This document shows positions 1-10,509 of a stretch of DNA of 64,000 nt, piece after piece. The translations under genes and the position numbers were made by a program. The stretch is from Spirochaetia bacterium (GTDB lineage Bacteria > Spirochaetota > Spirochaetia > UBA9216): positions 1 through 64,000 of the forward strand of contig OZ223272.1 in the NCBI GenBank assembly GCA_965140585.1, given 5' to 3'. The notes under the pieces were generated by a model. That model saw only the letters and a program-made list of their open reading frames with translations. It searched no databases and had not been told where the DNA came from. Positions within the stretch are counted from its first letter, which is position 1, and each line of letters opens with the position of its first letter.

Positions 1-599
1 CCAATCTCGGCCGCAAGTGCTTTTACAGTATCCATCAGCAGATCTGCCCTGAACAACCCTGTTGATAATTCCAAGCCTAAGAGCTTCGGCTGTATCTATC
101 ATCCTGGTAAAGACCAGTTCCTTGGCTGCAGCCTTCCGGTCGGTAAGTCTCTTGCTGCCGCCGAAGCCGGGAATGATGCCGAGGGTGGTCTCGGGCAGCC
201 CGAGTTTTGCGGTATCTGCAGCATATGCAAAATCACACGACAGTACAAGTTCAAGCCCGCCGCCCAGAGCATAGCCGTTCACGCCGCAATTACAGGAATC
301 GGAAGGTTATCGATCGCAGCGAAAACACGGTTACCGAACCTTGAAAAATCGGCGGCATCAACGGGGTTCATGCTGCTCATCTCTTTAATATCGGCACCCG
401 CAACGAAGGCCTTGCCCTCTCCGGTAATTATCAGCGCCCGGAGAGACCTGTCGGCAGCTGCAGCTTTTTTAACCTCTGTAACAGCTTCCCCAAGCTCAGT
501 CAGAGCCTGAGAGTTAAGGGCATTCAGGGTTTCCGGACTGCAGAAAGTGATAACCGCAGTGCCGCCGGCTATTTCAAGTTTGAGTTTGGTATATTCCAT
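1..599 (-). CDS. crt: Enoyl-CoA hydratase/crotonase (frameshift at ~280; runs off the left edge)
   Basis: LNAL and AFVAGADIKEM motifs in ORF 279-599. After a 1-nt shift the frame continues VNGYALGGGLELVLSCDFAYAADTAKLGLPETTLGIIPGFGG. Confidence 0.85.
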
Positions 600-629
600 C
601 AGTCATTCCTCTTCAGTGCAGCGCTCAGC

Positions 630-1898
630 TCATCTCTGAAATCGGGGATGGGCGATGTTTATAAGCTCCTGTGCTCGCTGTGAGTTCGATTTGCCTTTGA
701 GCGCTGCAATACCATATTCTGTTACAATGTAATCAACATCATGACGCGAGGTAGTCACGCAGGCTCCCGCTTTCAATAAGGGAGTAATTCTTGAAATCTG
801 TCCACCCTTTCCAGTTGAAGGGAAGGCAATTATCGACTTTCCACCTTCTGAATGCATGGCTGCCCGGACAAAGTCCACCTGTCCGCCGACGGCGGAAAAC
901 TGATTCGGACCAATCATATCAGCACAGACCCTGTCCGTAGAGGTCTACCTCAATAGCAGAGTTTATTGAGATGAGTTTATTCAGATGACCGGCAACAAGC
1001 ACATTATTGGTATAGTCCACCGGCTTCATCATGACCGCCGGGTTGTTGTTGGCAAAGTCGTAAAGGCGTTTTGTGCCCATGAGAAAGGTCGCAACAAATT
1101 TCCCCGGATTGAGATTATTGAAGCGGTTGGTCACAACGCCCTTTTCATAAAGATCGACAACGCCGTCCGAGAACATTTCGGAGTGAATGCCCAGATCTTT
1201 TTTCCCTGTAAGAAAATGGAGGGCTGCATCGGGAATTGCGCCTATGCCCAGCTGAAGGTTCGCACCGTCGGGGACAAGCTCTGCAACATAGCTGCCTATC
1301 TTCTGCTCTACCTCGGTAATCTTGGGGAGAGGAATTTCAATAGGATCATAATCAGTTTCAATAAGATAGTCGATCTCTGAAACATGAATGAACGAACCGA
1401 AGGTGCGCGGCATCCTGCTGTTCACTTCAGCCACTACAACACGGGCGGACTGAGTAGCCTGCAGCGTATAGTCGACCGAGATTCCGTAGCTCATGAATCC
1501 GTGCTCATCAGGCGGTGATACCATGATCATCGCAACGTCACAGTCGATCGTCTTCTCACGAAAGCGTCTGGGCAGCTCGGAAAAATAACAGGGAATGAAG
1601 TCCGCCCGGCCTCGTTCACCGAGCCCCTTGTAGGGCCACCGGCAAAGATTGTAGTGTGCCGGAAGGTTCCCTCGTATTCCGGGCTGCAGTATGAACAGTC
1701 ATGCAGGGGCACCATGTGAAAAACCCTTACATCCTTAAGCCGGTCGGCCTGGCTTACCATCTCTGAAGTGAGTTTTACAGGAACGCCGGCACAGTGTCCC
1801 AACACTACCTGATCCCCGGATTTCACCGCAGCGGACACCGCAGATGCGGCATCCGTCAGTTTCTTCTTATAAAGACTTTCCAGTCCTTCATAGTGCAC
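630..1898 (-). CDS. 4-hydroxybutyrate CoA-transferase (acetyl-CoA hydrolase/transferase family), split into 3 ORFs by two 1-nt indels
   Basis: LQLGIGAIPDA, GIHSEMFSDG, GGQVDFVRAA and VDYIVTEYGIA motifs across ORFs 1527-1898, 919-1530 and 630-917. Confidence 0.85.
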
Positions 1899-1899
1899 C

Positions 1900-3359
1900 T
1901 CAGTCCTTTATTCCTGCAAGGTTTTTAGCGTATTCCTTCTTGCGCTGGACATCGGCCTGTCTTGCAATCATAATCCGCTGAGCCTGGGGAGAACCTGCCC
2001 CATGCATTGACTCGGTAAGGTAGCCAACAGCTGCTCTTCCCATTGTAAGGTTTTCAATTAGGCGGAGAACCTTCATTCTCTCTACCGTATCGGTTCCTTC
2101 CGCTCCTGCGAGGTACTTTTTTACAAGATCGGCTGTTGCCGGGTTTTTAAGGTCCTTTGCATGCGGCATGGTAACCATGAGGCCGCCGGCAATGTCCTGA
2201 AGAAGTCTTGCAATTTCATAGGGAAAACGGGTTACATTCTGCTTGCAGACATTGGCCAGAAGAAGGTCGATAAGGTAGTTTCCCGCCTTCATCTTCTTTC
2301 CAAGCCATGCACATGCTGCTGCGCTTGACCATATGGTTTCATTAAGATGGTTCATCTCAACAATTTTATCTTTTACATGTGAAGCCCTTGCTGCACCGTT
2401 GTACTCGGCAATAAGCTGTGCGGCTCCAATTGCAACATCACCGACACCGGTCTTGCATGCATAGCTTGAGCGGTGGTAGCCTGCAAATCTTTCAACAAGC
2501 ATTCCTGAGAAATCATATTCACCGTCCATGAAGACCCTGTCCCATGGAACAAATACATTATCGAAAACCATCAGTGCTTCCTGGCCGCCGAAGTTGGGGC
2601 TTCCAGCGTCCATGTTGTCACCATCCGGATCTTCGATCAGCCTTGTGTCGCATGACTGACGTCCGTAGATGTATGTAATTCCCGGATCATCTGATTCTAC
2701 AGCGCAGCAGACGGCCCATTCCTTATCCTCTTCAGTCATCGTAATAGTAGGCATCACCAGTGCATGATGAGAATTGATACAGCCGGTCTGATGGGCCTTT
2801 GCACCCTTTATGACGATACCGTCTTCCCTTCTTTCAACCACATGAACATAGAGATCCGGATCTGAAAGCTGACTCGGTCTCTTTCCGCGATCACCCTTGG
2901 GGTCTGTCATACATCCGTCGACGACCAGATCCTTTTCTTCAACCTCAAGCATGTATTTCTTAAAACGCTCGTGGTAGTTTGTTCCGTATTTTTCATCCAT
3001 TTCATATGTAGTAGAAAACGTAGCGTTGAATGCATCCATTCCAACGCAGCGCTGAAAGCAGGTGCCGCATTTCTGACCGAGAAGTCTCTGCATTCCAACT
3101 TTTTATAGAGGTCTTCCGGACTCTGGTGAAGGTGGCAAAAACGGTTGATGGTCTTGCCTGAAAGAGCCGATGTAGCTGTCAGATCGTCGCGGTATTTAGA
3201 ATCTTCAGCCAGTTCATATGTGAGCGCAATTGAATTAATTGATGCCGCGATTATGGGGTGATCATAGGGATTATCAATTTTCTCCCCTGCCATGTAAACG
3301 TTTAGAGGCCTTCTGTTTCTAAGGCTTGCTCTGTACTCTTTTCCTGTCATTAATGCCAT
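1900..3359 (-). CDS. abfD: 4-hydroxybutyryl-CoA dehydratase/vinylacetyl-CoA isomerase; 1-nt indel in an A-run at ~3100
   Basis: CFQRCVGMDA, MTDPKGDR, GRQSCDTR and ESMHGAGSPQAQ motifs. The N-terminus (MALMTGKEYRASL...INRFCHL) lies in ORF 2907-3380. Confidence 0.9.
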
Positions 3360-3406
3360 AATAGTTCTCCTAAAAGTCAATTATCATTGTTCTTATGCTG
3401 TGATCA

Positions 3407-4030
3407 TCAAGGTCGTAAAAATAAGCAAGATGTCTGTGTATCAGTTTGATTACACCCTTCAACATCACGCTCTTTGAGCTTATCAACCATATCAAAATGA
3501 AGTTCGATCATCTTCAGACTGATTTCGGTATTTTTATAGATAACAAACTGGAGCAGTCTTATCTTGAGATAAAGCTCTTCAATAATTTTAACAAGATTGT
3601 CGTTCTTTCCGATCTTTGCCAGACTCAGATGGAAATCACATTCAAGCCTGATCCAGTTATATATATCCCCGGACTTGGCAGTTTCCAGACACTGCTGGGC
3701 AATAAGCCTCAGTTCGTCAAAGTCGGCATTGCTCCCGTGACGGACTGCAAGCTGAACCGCAACTGTATCAAGTGCAATTCGGGTAAAGCCGAGGTCTGAG
3801 ATCTCTTTTCTGCCGAATGTACATACTTCGGCACTGCGGTGAAGGGAAAGATTCACAATTCCCTCCTTTGCAAGCCTCTGAATCGCCTCGGTTACCGGTG
3901 TACGGCTGACACCAAGCTTTTTTGACAGTGCATCCACCGAAATACGCTCACCGCAGGCAATATCCTGCCTGAGAATCATCTCGGAGATCTGTTCATATAC
4001 TTTGTCGCCCAGTTTCTGTCTCTCTGCCAT
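3407..4030 (-). CDS. GntR/FCD family transcriptional regulator
   Basis: LSKKLGVSRTPVTEAIQRLAKEG HTH and FCD domain (DFHLSLA). The C-terminal tail is probably frameshifted. Confidence 0.85.
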   Translation of the reverse strand: MAERQKLGDKVYEQISEMILRQDIACGERISVDALSKKLGVSRTPVTEAIQRLAKEGIVNLSLHRSAEVCTFGRKEISDLGFTRIALDTVAVQLAVRHGSNADFDELRLIAQQCLETAKSGDIYNWIRLECDFHLSLAKIGKNDNLVKIIEELYLKIRLLQFVIYKNTEISLKMIELHFDMVDKLKERDVEGCNQTDTQTSCLFLRP

Positions 4031-4036
4031 TAGTTA

Positions 4037-5305
4037 TCAGCCTATGACCTTCGCAAGTGCTCTGCTGAATCGTTCAAGGGCATCATCCATTTCATCTTTA
4101 GTAACAACCAGCGGCGGTATCCATCTGATAATATTGCCGAAAGTTCCGCAGTTCAGCATAATCAACTTCTCCTCGAAGGCCGCCTTAATCACAGCTTTTA
4201 CCGTGTCGGCGTCCGGTTTTCCATCCTTTATAAACTCAGTTGCAACCATACAACCCAGGCCCCGGACATCCGCTATAACCGGATATTTCTGCTGAAGCTT
4301 TTTGAGGCCGTCCATCAGCTGGGCACCGCGCTCGGCAGCATTCTGATCCAGCTTCTCTTCTTTCATTACACGGATTGTTGCAGCAGCTGCGGCGCAGGCA
4401 AGTGTGTTGCCAGAATAGGTTCCGCCATGACTTCCGGGAACCCATTTTTCCTGCAGCTCACGCTTGTAGGCAATTCCGGAAATAGGGACGCCTGATCCAA
4501 GCCCTTTTGCCATTGTCATGATGTCCGGCAGAACATTTTCATGCTGGACAGCAAAGAACTTACCCGTTCTGCAGAATCCTGACTGAACCTCATCGGCAAT
4601 CATCATTATGCCGTGCTCGTCGCAGATATCCCTCACCGCCTGCAGAAAGCCCTTTGGAGGCACGACGTAGCCGCCTTCACCAAGTACCGGCTCGATAATG
4701 ATGGCAGCAGTCTCGGAGGGCTTCGTCTGTCCAAGCAGAACCCTTTTTAATTCCTTAACGGCAAAGTCATAGGTTGTCTGATCATCCCAGTCGTAGTAGA
4801 AGGAATATGGATAGGGCGATACGTATATACCTGAAACCAGAGGAGCATAACCCTCCCTGTAGATTGTCTTGCTTGTTGTCATTGCCATTGTAAGATGGGT
4901 ACGCCCGTGAAAGCTGCCGTTAAAAACAATCACATTAGGACGTCCGGTGGCATGCTTTGCAAGTTTCACTGCACCTTCAACAGCCTCGGCACCGCTGCTT
5001 GCAAAAAAGAAAGTATCAAGTCCTGCTGGAACAACCGTTTTCAGTTCATTTACCAGGTCAGCAACAGGCTGGTGGTAGACGATATTGAACTGCCCGAAAA
5101 TCATAGATTCAGACTGTTTCTTTATAGCTTCAACAACCTTCGGGTGGCAGTGTCCGGTATTTGTCACGCCTATTCCGCTGGTGAAATCCAGGTAGGAATT
5201 GCCTTCTTTATCGTAAAACCAGCAGCCCTTTGCATGATCTGCAAGGATTCCTGTTGAATGAGTCCATACTGATGAAATTTCACCAATCTCTGATGGATGC
5301 ATCAT
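4037..5305 (-). CDS. gabT: Class III aminotransferase, 4-aminobutyrate aminotransferase-like
   Basis: SGAEAVEGAVK, FHGRT, EPVLGEGG, ADEVQSGF and MAKGLG PLP motifs; first gene of the 4-HB operon. Confidence 0.85.
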   Translation of the reverse strand: MMHPSEIGEISSVWTHSTGILADHAKGCWFYDKEGNSYLDFTSGIGVTNTGHCHPKVVEAIKKQSESMIFGQFNIVYHQPVADLVNELKTVVPAGLDTFFFASSGAEAVEGAVKLAKHATGRPNVIVFNGSFHGRTHLTMAMTTSKTIYREGYAPLVSGIYVSPYPYSFYYDWDDQTTYDFAVKELKRVLLGQTKPSETAAIIIEPVLGEGGYVVPPKGFLQAVRDICDEHGIMMIADEVQSGFCRTGKFFAVQHENVLPDIMTMAKGLGSGVPISGIAYKRELQEKWVPGSHGGTYSGNTLACAAAAATIRVMKEEKLDQNAAERGAQLMDGLKKLQQKYPVIADVRGLGCMVATEFIKDGKPDADTVKAVIKAAFEEKLIMLNCGTFGNIIRWIPPLVVTKDEMDDALERFSRALAKVIG

Positions 5306-5355
5306 ATTCTCCTTAATTGTATGGGATATTTTTAAATATTATACACTTCTATCAT

Positions 5356-5367
5356 ATTGCATGCAAT
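5356..5367. promoter_or_regulatory. Palindrome ATTGCATGCAAT, candidate GntR operator between divergent gabT and symporter
   Basis: Perfect 12-bp palindrome in the divergent promoter region; a GntR gene lies in the operon. Confidence 0.4.
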
Positions 5368-5456
5368 TTTTATTTGCACATTTTTTCTTTTTTTAATATT
5401 CAATTGACACTTTCAGCCCTACAGGTAAAATTCTGCTAAATTTCAAGGAGGCTGCA

Positions 5457-6815
5457 ATGTCAGGCTTTATGGTATTAATGATTATATATGTTGCTGCAGG
5501 AACAGGGATTGCTGTTTACGCGGGAAGAGCAAGAAGCAGCAATTCGCAGGAATCCTATTTCATAGGCGGAAGGGGAATTCACTGGATAGTAAGTGCACTT
5601 ACCTATGCCGCAACAACCTATTCATCCTTTATGATGGTCGGACTTGTCGGGCTATCCTATTCAACCGGAATCGGGTCCATGATTTTTGAGCTGGCCTACC
5701 TTGTTGCTACGGTAATACTACTCTCAATATACGGGAAGAAAATATGGAAGATAAGCCGTGATGAGGGAATGGTTTCTCCGATGGAACTTTTCTCTTCAAA
5801 ATTCGGAAAACCGTCCGGCACCGCAGGAGCAATAGTGTCGGTATTGGCACTGGTTCCATATACTGCAGCCCAGGTAATCGGACTTTCCATTATTTTCGGT
5901 AATTTCGGAATAAGCTACGGTACAGGTGTGGTTGTGGCTGCAGTTCTAATATGCATCTGGTCTCTTATAGGCGGACTGCGGGGCGTGGCACTGACCGACG
6001 CTGTTCAGGGCCTGTTTATGATTGCGGTAGCAGTGATAGCCCTGCTATGGGCCGGGGACAGCTTCGGCGGTTTTGAAACTTCAACCTTCCCCAACAAGGT
6101 ATGGACTCCCGTATTTTTTATCAACATGACCCTTCCCTGGGCCTTTTTTGCGCTCACGAACCCGCAGGTTGTACAGAGGCTGTTCATTATTAAAGATAAA
6201 AGCGGATTTAGAAAGATGATTATTCTTTTCGCTGTTGTCGGTACAGCATATACGCTTATCACCTGCCTCATAGGTTTCGCTGCCAAATACGGCACAATTA
6301 ACGGAAACCTTGCTGAAATAACCGGCCGCGATAATGTAATTATCGGACTTATCGGATTGATGGGCAAAGGCCTTGGAATGGCTGTGGCGCTCAGTATTGT
6401 TTTTGCCAGTATATCAACTTCCAATTCCATCATACTGACACTTTCTTCCATGGTTACAAGAGATATAACCCGCAATACCAGAAACCTCTGGTATGGACGT
6501 GTCTTTATTATAATCATTACTGCGTCTGTAGCGGTTTTCGCGTTCAGAAAGACTGCATATATAGTTGAACTTTCGGTATCAACATCAAGGATTCTGATGT
6601 GCTTTCTGCCGCTGTTCTTCGATATCTTCCACTTTAAGAAAGGAGGCAGAGTAACCGGCCTGATTACAATAATCGGAGGAGCCGCCCTGAGCATAGTGTT
6701 CAGCCGAATGGGCTTTGCCCTCAGCTCTGTCTGGACACTTGCCGGATCATTCGGATGCTATTTCATCGGCGTTCTGATTGACTCAAAGATAAATGTCCCT
6801 CAGAAAACAGAATAA
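5457..6815 (+). CDS. Sodium:solute symporter family protein
   Basis: YFIGGR, GGLRGVALTDAVQG and PQVVQR motifs; about 13 TM segments. Confidence 0.9.
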   Translation: MSGFMVLMIIYVAAGTGIAVYAGRARSSNSQESYFIGGRGIHWIVSALTYAATTYSSFMMVGLVGLSYSTGIGSMIFELAYLVATVILLSIYGKKIWKISRDEGMVSPMELFSSKFGKPSGTAGAIVSVLALVPYTAAQVIGLSIIFGNFGISYGTGVVVAAVLICIWSLIGGLRGVALTDAVQGLFMIAVAVIALLWAGDSFGGFETSTFPNKVWTPVFFINMTLPWAFFALTNPQVVQRLFIIKDKSGFRKMIILFAVVGTAYTLITCLIGFAAKYGTINGNLAEITGRDNVIIGLIGLMGKGLGMAVALSIVFASISTSNSIILTLSSMVTRDITRNTRNLWYGRVFIIIITASVAVFAFRKTAYIVELSVSTSRILMCFLPLFFDIFHFKKGGRVTGLITIIGGAALSIVFSRMGFALSSVWTLAGSFGCYFIGVLIDSKINVPQKTE

Positions 6816-6898
6816 ACAATCAGGGCCAACCGGAAATTTCCGGAACCAGCCCTGTTCGTTGCCGATATGCAAGTAAACAGTTAAAATTTTTTCATTTA

Positions 6899-6927
6899 TT
6901 GATGAGTAAAATAATTAATTATATAAT
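6899..6927 (+). promoter_or_regulatory. sigma70 promoter of the MCP gene (probably leaderless)
   Basis: TTGATG-N17-TATAAT, then 6 nt to ATG at 6934. Confidence 0.55.
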
Positions 6928-6933
6928 GTGGCA

Positions 6934-8838
6934 ATGAAAAAAGACGGAATCAGAACCAGTTTGGTCAAAACTGCAATCTCAGTTTCAGCGGTACTGATAC
7001 CCGCAATAATCTTTACAGCGAATCAGTTCATACTGCAGGTTTTCAAACCGGCAAATCAGAGTATTTCCGTTAAGATCGGTTTTGCACTGCAGCCCTCTAT
7101 TTACCTTCTGTTTCTAATATCTGCTCTGATTCAGATGATTATCATTCTCCAGTTTTTAAAACCGCTGTTCACCTATATCAAATCCGCAGAAAATTATTCC
7201 AGGGCACGTAAAGCAAGTCTTAGAGTACCATGGCTGCTGATCCTTACAAATACAGGATTATGGCTGGCAGCGATTACCCTTTTTTACGGAATGCAGGGAT
7301 TTAAAACCGGAGGAGGAGTTCCCTACCTCTGGAGCCTCTCAACAAACAGTATTTCAGGCTGCATGAGTGCAGTCACAGCAGCACTTGTTATAAACAGAAT
7401 TTTAATACCTGCAAAAATAAAGCTCGATATGACAGAAATGCAGAACGGAGAAAGCGACGTTTTCGTACGGATAAAAATGATTCTCATAATGGCAACCTGC
7501 TTTACTTACACTATTCTCATACTAATTTACGCGTCACGATACTTCTCTGTTTCTTATGAAACCGGACTTTCCGTCATTACAAAAAATTATTCAGTAGTGC
7601 TTGCCGGCCTTTCATTGCTCGGATTTATACCTCTCTGCATCAACACTGTACTGGCCCTGACCGAGGACCGGATACAGAAAAAACAGCTGCTGCGAAAAAT
7701 GGAGGACCTTGCAAAAGGGAGCGGAGATCTGACCAAAAAGGTAACTCTATTTAATTTTGACGATACGGGAAGAATCGCCTCGGAAATTAACAGCTTCATA
7801 GAAAAAATCAGGCTTCTTGTCATAAAAGTCGATCAAACAGGCCGTCAGGTTTCAGAAACATCCGTCCTCACAGGAAAAATACTTCAGGATCTTTTTGATG
7901 CAACAAAAAAACTGCTCGATTCAATCGGCCGTATCGATATTGAAATGTCAAACCAGGAAAAGGAAATCGGACAGACCAGGTCAGTTTTAAATAATTTTTT
8001 CGGCTCACTTTCAATTATTTCCGGAAACATTGAAGAACAGGCAGCCTCGGTTGAACAGACTTCAAGTGCCATCGAGGAAATGGCTGCATCTATCAAGGCT
8101 GAAAACGAAGCAGCCAGGGAAGTAGAAAAACTTACATCGAATCTGACGGAAATAACTTCCAGCGGCAGTGAACATATCAGCAATCTGATAGGTTCAATCA
8201 GACGTGTCGAGGACTCCTCCATTCATGTCGAGGAGATTCTGGAGCATCTGCATCTCTTATCAGAACAGATTGATATTCTGGCCATAAATGCTGCAATTGA
8301 AGCAGCTCATGCCGGAGATTCCGGGAAAGGTTTTGCTGTAGTTGCAGATGAAATCCGAAGACTTTCAGAAAACAGTTCCGAAAAATCAACTGGAATATCA
8401 AATCTGATAAAAGAAATGCTTGAAGCCATAGAAGATGGAAATGATATGACAATGCAGGCAGACAGTTCATTCAGCGAGATTAAAAATACAGTCGAACTGA
8501 CATTCAGCCATTTTCATAACATATACCGTGCAATTGAAGAAGAAACTACTGGAATTGAAGAAATGCTGCAGACCTCAGTGAAACTGGTATCGATTACTGA
8601 GGATCTTAAAAATCTTTCTTCCGAGCAGACATCTAACACGGGGATAATGAGAGATAGTATTGAAAATGTATTTAGCGGTTTTTCTGTTATTAAGAGTTCC
8701 GTCATGGATCAGAAAGAAAACCGTGAATTGATAACCAAAGCGCTTGAAGAGATGAGCCGGATAACAACAGCCAATATTAAAAAGGTAGATGAGCTGAACT
8801 CACTTCTTAAAGAGTTCTCTCTGTATGAGAAAGAATGA
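6934..8838 (+). CDS. Methyl-accepting chemotaxis protein
   Basis: N-terminal TM segments, HAMP (GSGDLT) and signalling hairpin ILAINAAIEAAHAGDSGKGFAVVADEIRRL. Confidence 0.92.
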   Translation: MKKDGIRTSLVKTAISVSAVLIPAIIFTANQFILQVFKPANQSISVKIGFALQPSIYLLFLISALIQMIIILQFLKPLFTYIKSAENYSRARKASLRVPWLLILTNTGLWLAAITLFYGMQGFKTGGGVPYLWSLSTNSISGCMSAVTAALVINRILIPAKIKLDMTEMQNGESDVFVRIKMILIMATCFTYTILILIYASRYFSVSYETGLSVITKNYSVVLAGLSLLGFIPLCINTVLALTEDRIQKKQLLRKMEDLAKGSGDLTKKVTLFNFDDTGRIASEINSFIEKIRLLVIKVDQTGRQVSETSVLTGKILQDLFDATKKLLDSIGRIDIEMSNQEKEIGQTRSVLNNFFGSLSIISGNIEEQAASVEQTSSAIEEMAASIKAENEAAREVEKLTSNLTEITSSGSEHISNLIGSIRRVEDSSIHVEEILEHLHLLSEQIDILAINAAIEAAHAGDSGKGFAVVADEIRRLSENSSEKSTGISNLIKEMLEAIEDGNDMTMQADSSFSEIKNTVELTFSHFHNIYRAIEEETTGIEEMLQTSVKLVSITEDLKNLSSEQTSNTGIMRDSIENVFSGFSVIKSSVMDQKENRELITKALEEMSRITTANIKKVDELNSLLKEFSLYEKE

Positions 8839-8856
8839 AAAAAAATTATTCTCATT

Positions 8857-10509
8857 TCATGGCAGTTCTTTCAAGCCCAGCTCTCTTAAAAACTTGTTGT
8901 GTTTTGCCTTTGCATCATTTATCTTCTTTTCAATATCAACAAGCTCTTTATTGACTTCTTCAATATCGATAATCGGCTCAGGTTTTGCGGTGCTCACATA
9001 CCTTGAAATATTGAGATTGTATTCATTCTTTTCAATTTCTGTCATCGGTACACACCTGGAATAACGCTCTTCTTCCTTTCGATACTGGTAGGTATCAATA
9101 ACTTTATTCAGGTGTTCTTCCGACAGATAATTCTGACCCTTCCCTTTTTCAAAATATTCACTGGCATTGATAAACAGGACATCATCAAACTTCTTACATT
9201 TTTTCAGAACAAGAATACAAACCGGAATACCCGTAGAGAAAAAGAGATTGGCAGGCAGACCAATAACTGTGTCGATATTTCCATCTTTTAGCAGTTTTGT
9301 ACGTATCCGCTCTTCAACTCCACTGCGAAATAAAACACCATGCGGTAGGATTATCGCCATGGTGCCTTCTTCGCTCAAAAAATGAAAACCGTGCAGGAGG
9401 AAGGCAAAATCGGCAGCAGATTTCGGCGCAAGTCCGTAACTTTTAAACCTGAAATCATCAGCAAGCGATTCATTAGGTTCCCACCTGTAACTGAAAGGAG
9501 GGTTGGCAACTACAGCATCACATTCCAACTTTTTGGCCGGATTCATTTCATTTAAGATGTCCCAGTCATTGAGAAGGGAATCTCCATGGTGAATTTGAAA
9601 CTCTGAATCTTTCAGTCCATGGAGCAGCATGTTCATTCGTGCAAGGTTGTAGGTAGTGATATTTTTTTCCTGACCAAATATCTGGCCGATATTATTCGGT
9701 CCAAGCTGCTTTCTTACGTTTAAAAGAAGAGAACCGGAACCACATGCAAAATCGAGAACTTTTTTGAGCTTCTTTTTTTTGCCGGATGCGGGATTTTGAC
9801 TGTCGAGCGTAACAATGCGGGATAGAATGCTGGACATCTGCTGCGGTGTATAAAACTCACCAGCCTTTTTACCGGAACCTGAAGCAAATTGTCCAATCAG
9901 GTATTCATATGCATCACCCAGGATGTCGCTTTCAGTTGAAAACTCGGAAAGCCCTTCAGCAATTTTGGTTACAATCGTGCAGAGCTTGGCGTTTCGGGCA
10001 GTATAGTTTTTACCAAGTTTTTCCGAGTCCAGGTTGATTTCCGAAAACAGCCCTTGAAAAGTGCTTTCAAAGGAGTCATTTTCAACATGCTTAAATCCTG
10101 CCTGCAATGTTTTTAAGAGGTCATCGCTCTGGGTTCTGGCAAGCTCATAAATGCTGCTCCAGAGATATTCGGGTTTGATAACATAGTGGATTTTGCGGCG
10201 CATCTGCTTTTCAAAGACATCAGTGTCAGCCTTATTTTCATCATACCAGACCGAAAGAGGTGTTCTTTTATCGTCCTCTTTCAAAACCGGATAATCTTTT
10301 CCAAGCTCCTTTGCTGCAGCTGTTTCATAGTTGTCGGAAAGGTAGCGCAAGAACAGGAATGAAAGCATATAATCACGGAAGTCATCGGCGTTCATGGCTC
10401 CGCGGAGCTGATCGGCAATCTTCCAGAGTGTGGTGCCTAATTGTCTTTGTATTGTATCAGTCATATTGTTCAGTCCTTTTTCGTGTGGTCCGTGTATTTC
10501 ATGGTTCAT
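8857..10509 (-). CDS. hsdM: Type I R-M methyltransferase subunit
   Basis: GEFYTP, DFACGSGSLL and NPPF motifs; likely start at 10464. Confidence 0.95.
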   Translation of the reverse strand: MNHEIHGPHEKGLNNMTDTIQRQLGTTLWKIADQLRGAMNADDFRDYMLSFLFLRYLSDNYETAAAKELGKDYPVLKEDDKRTPLSVWYDENKADTDVFEKQMRRKIHYVIKPEYLWSSIYELARTQSDDLLKTLQAGFKHVENDSFESTFQGLFSEINLDSEKLGKNYTARNAKLCTIVTKIAEGLSEFSTESDILGDAYEYLIGQFASGSGKKAGEFYTPQQMSSILSRIVTLDSQNPASGKKKKLKKVLDFACGSGSLLLNVRKQLGPNNIGQIFGQEKNITTYNLARMNMLLHGLKDSEFQIHHGDSLLNDWDILNEMNPAKKLECDAVVANPPFSYRWEPNESLADDFRFKSYGLAPKSAADFAFLLHGFHFLSEEGTMAIILPHGVLFRSGVEERIRTKLLKDGNIDTVIGLPANLFFSTGIPVCILVLKKCKKFDDVLFINASEYFEKGKGQNYLSEEHLNKVIDTYQYRKEEERYSRCVPMTEIEKNEYNLNISRYVSTAKPEPIIDIEEVNKELVDIEKKINDAKAKHNKFLRELGLKELP

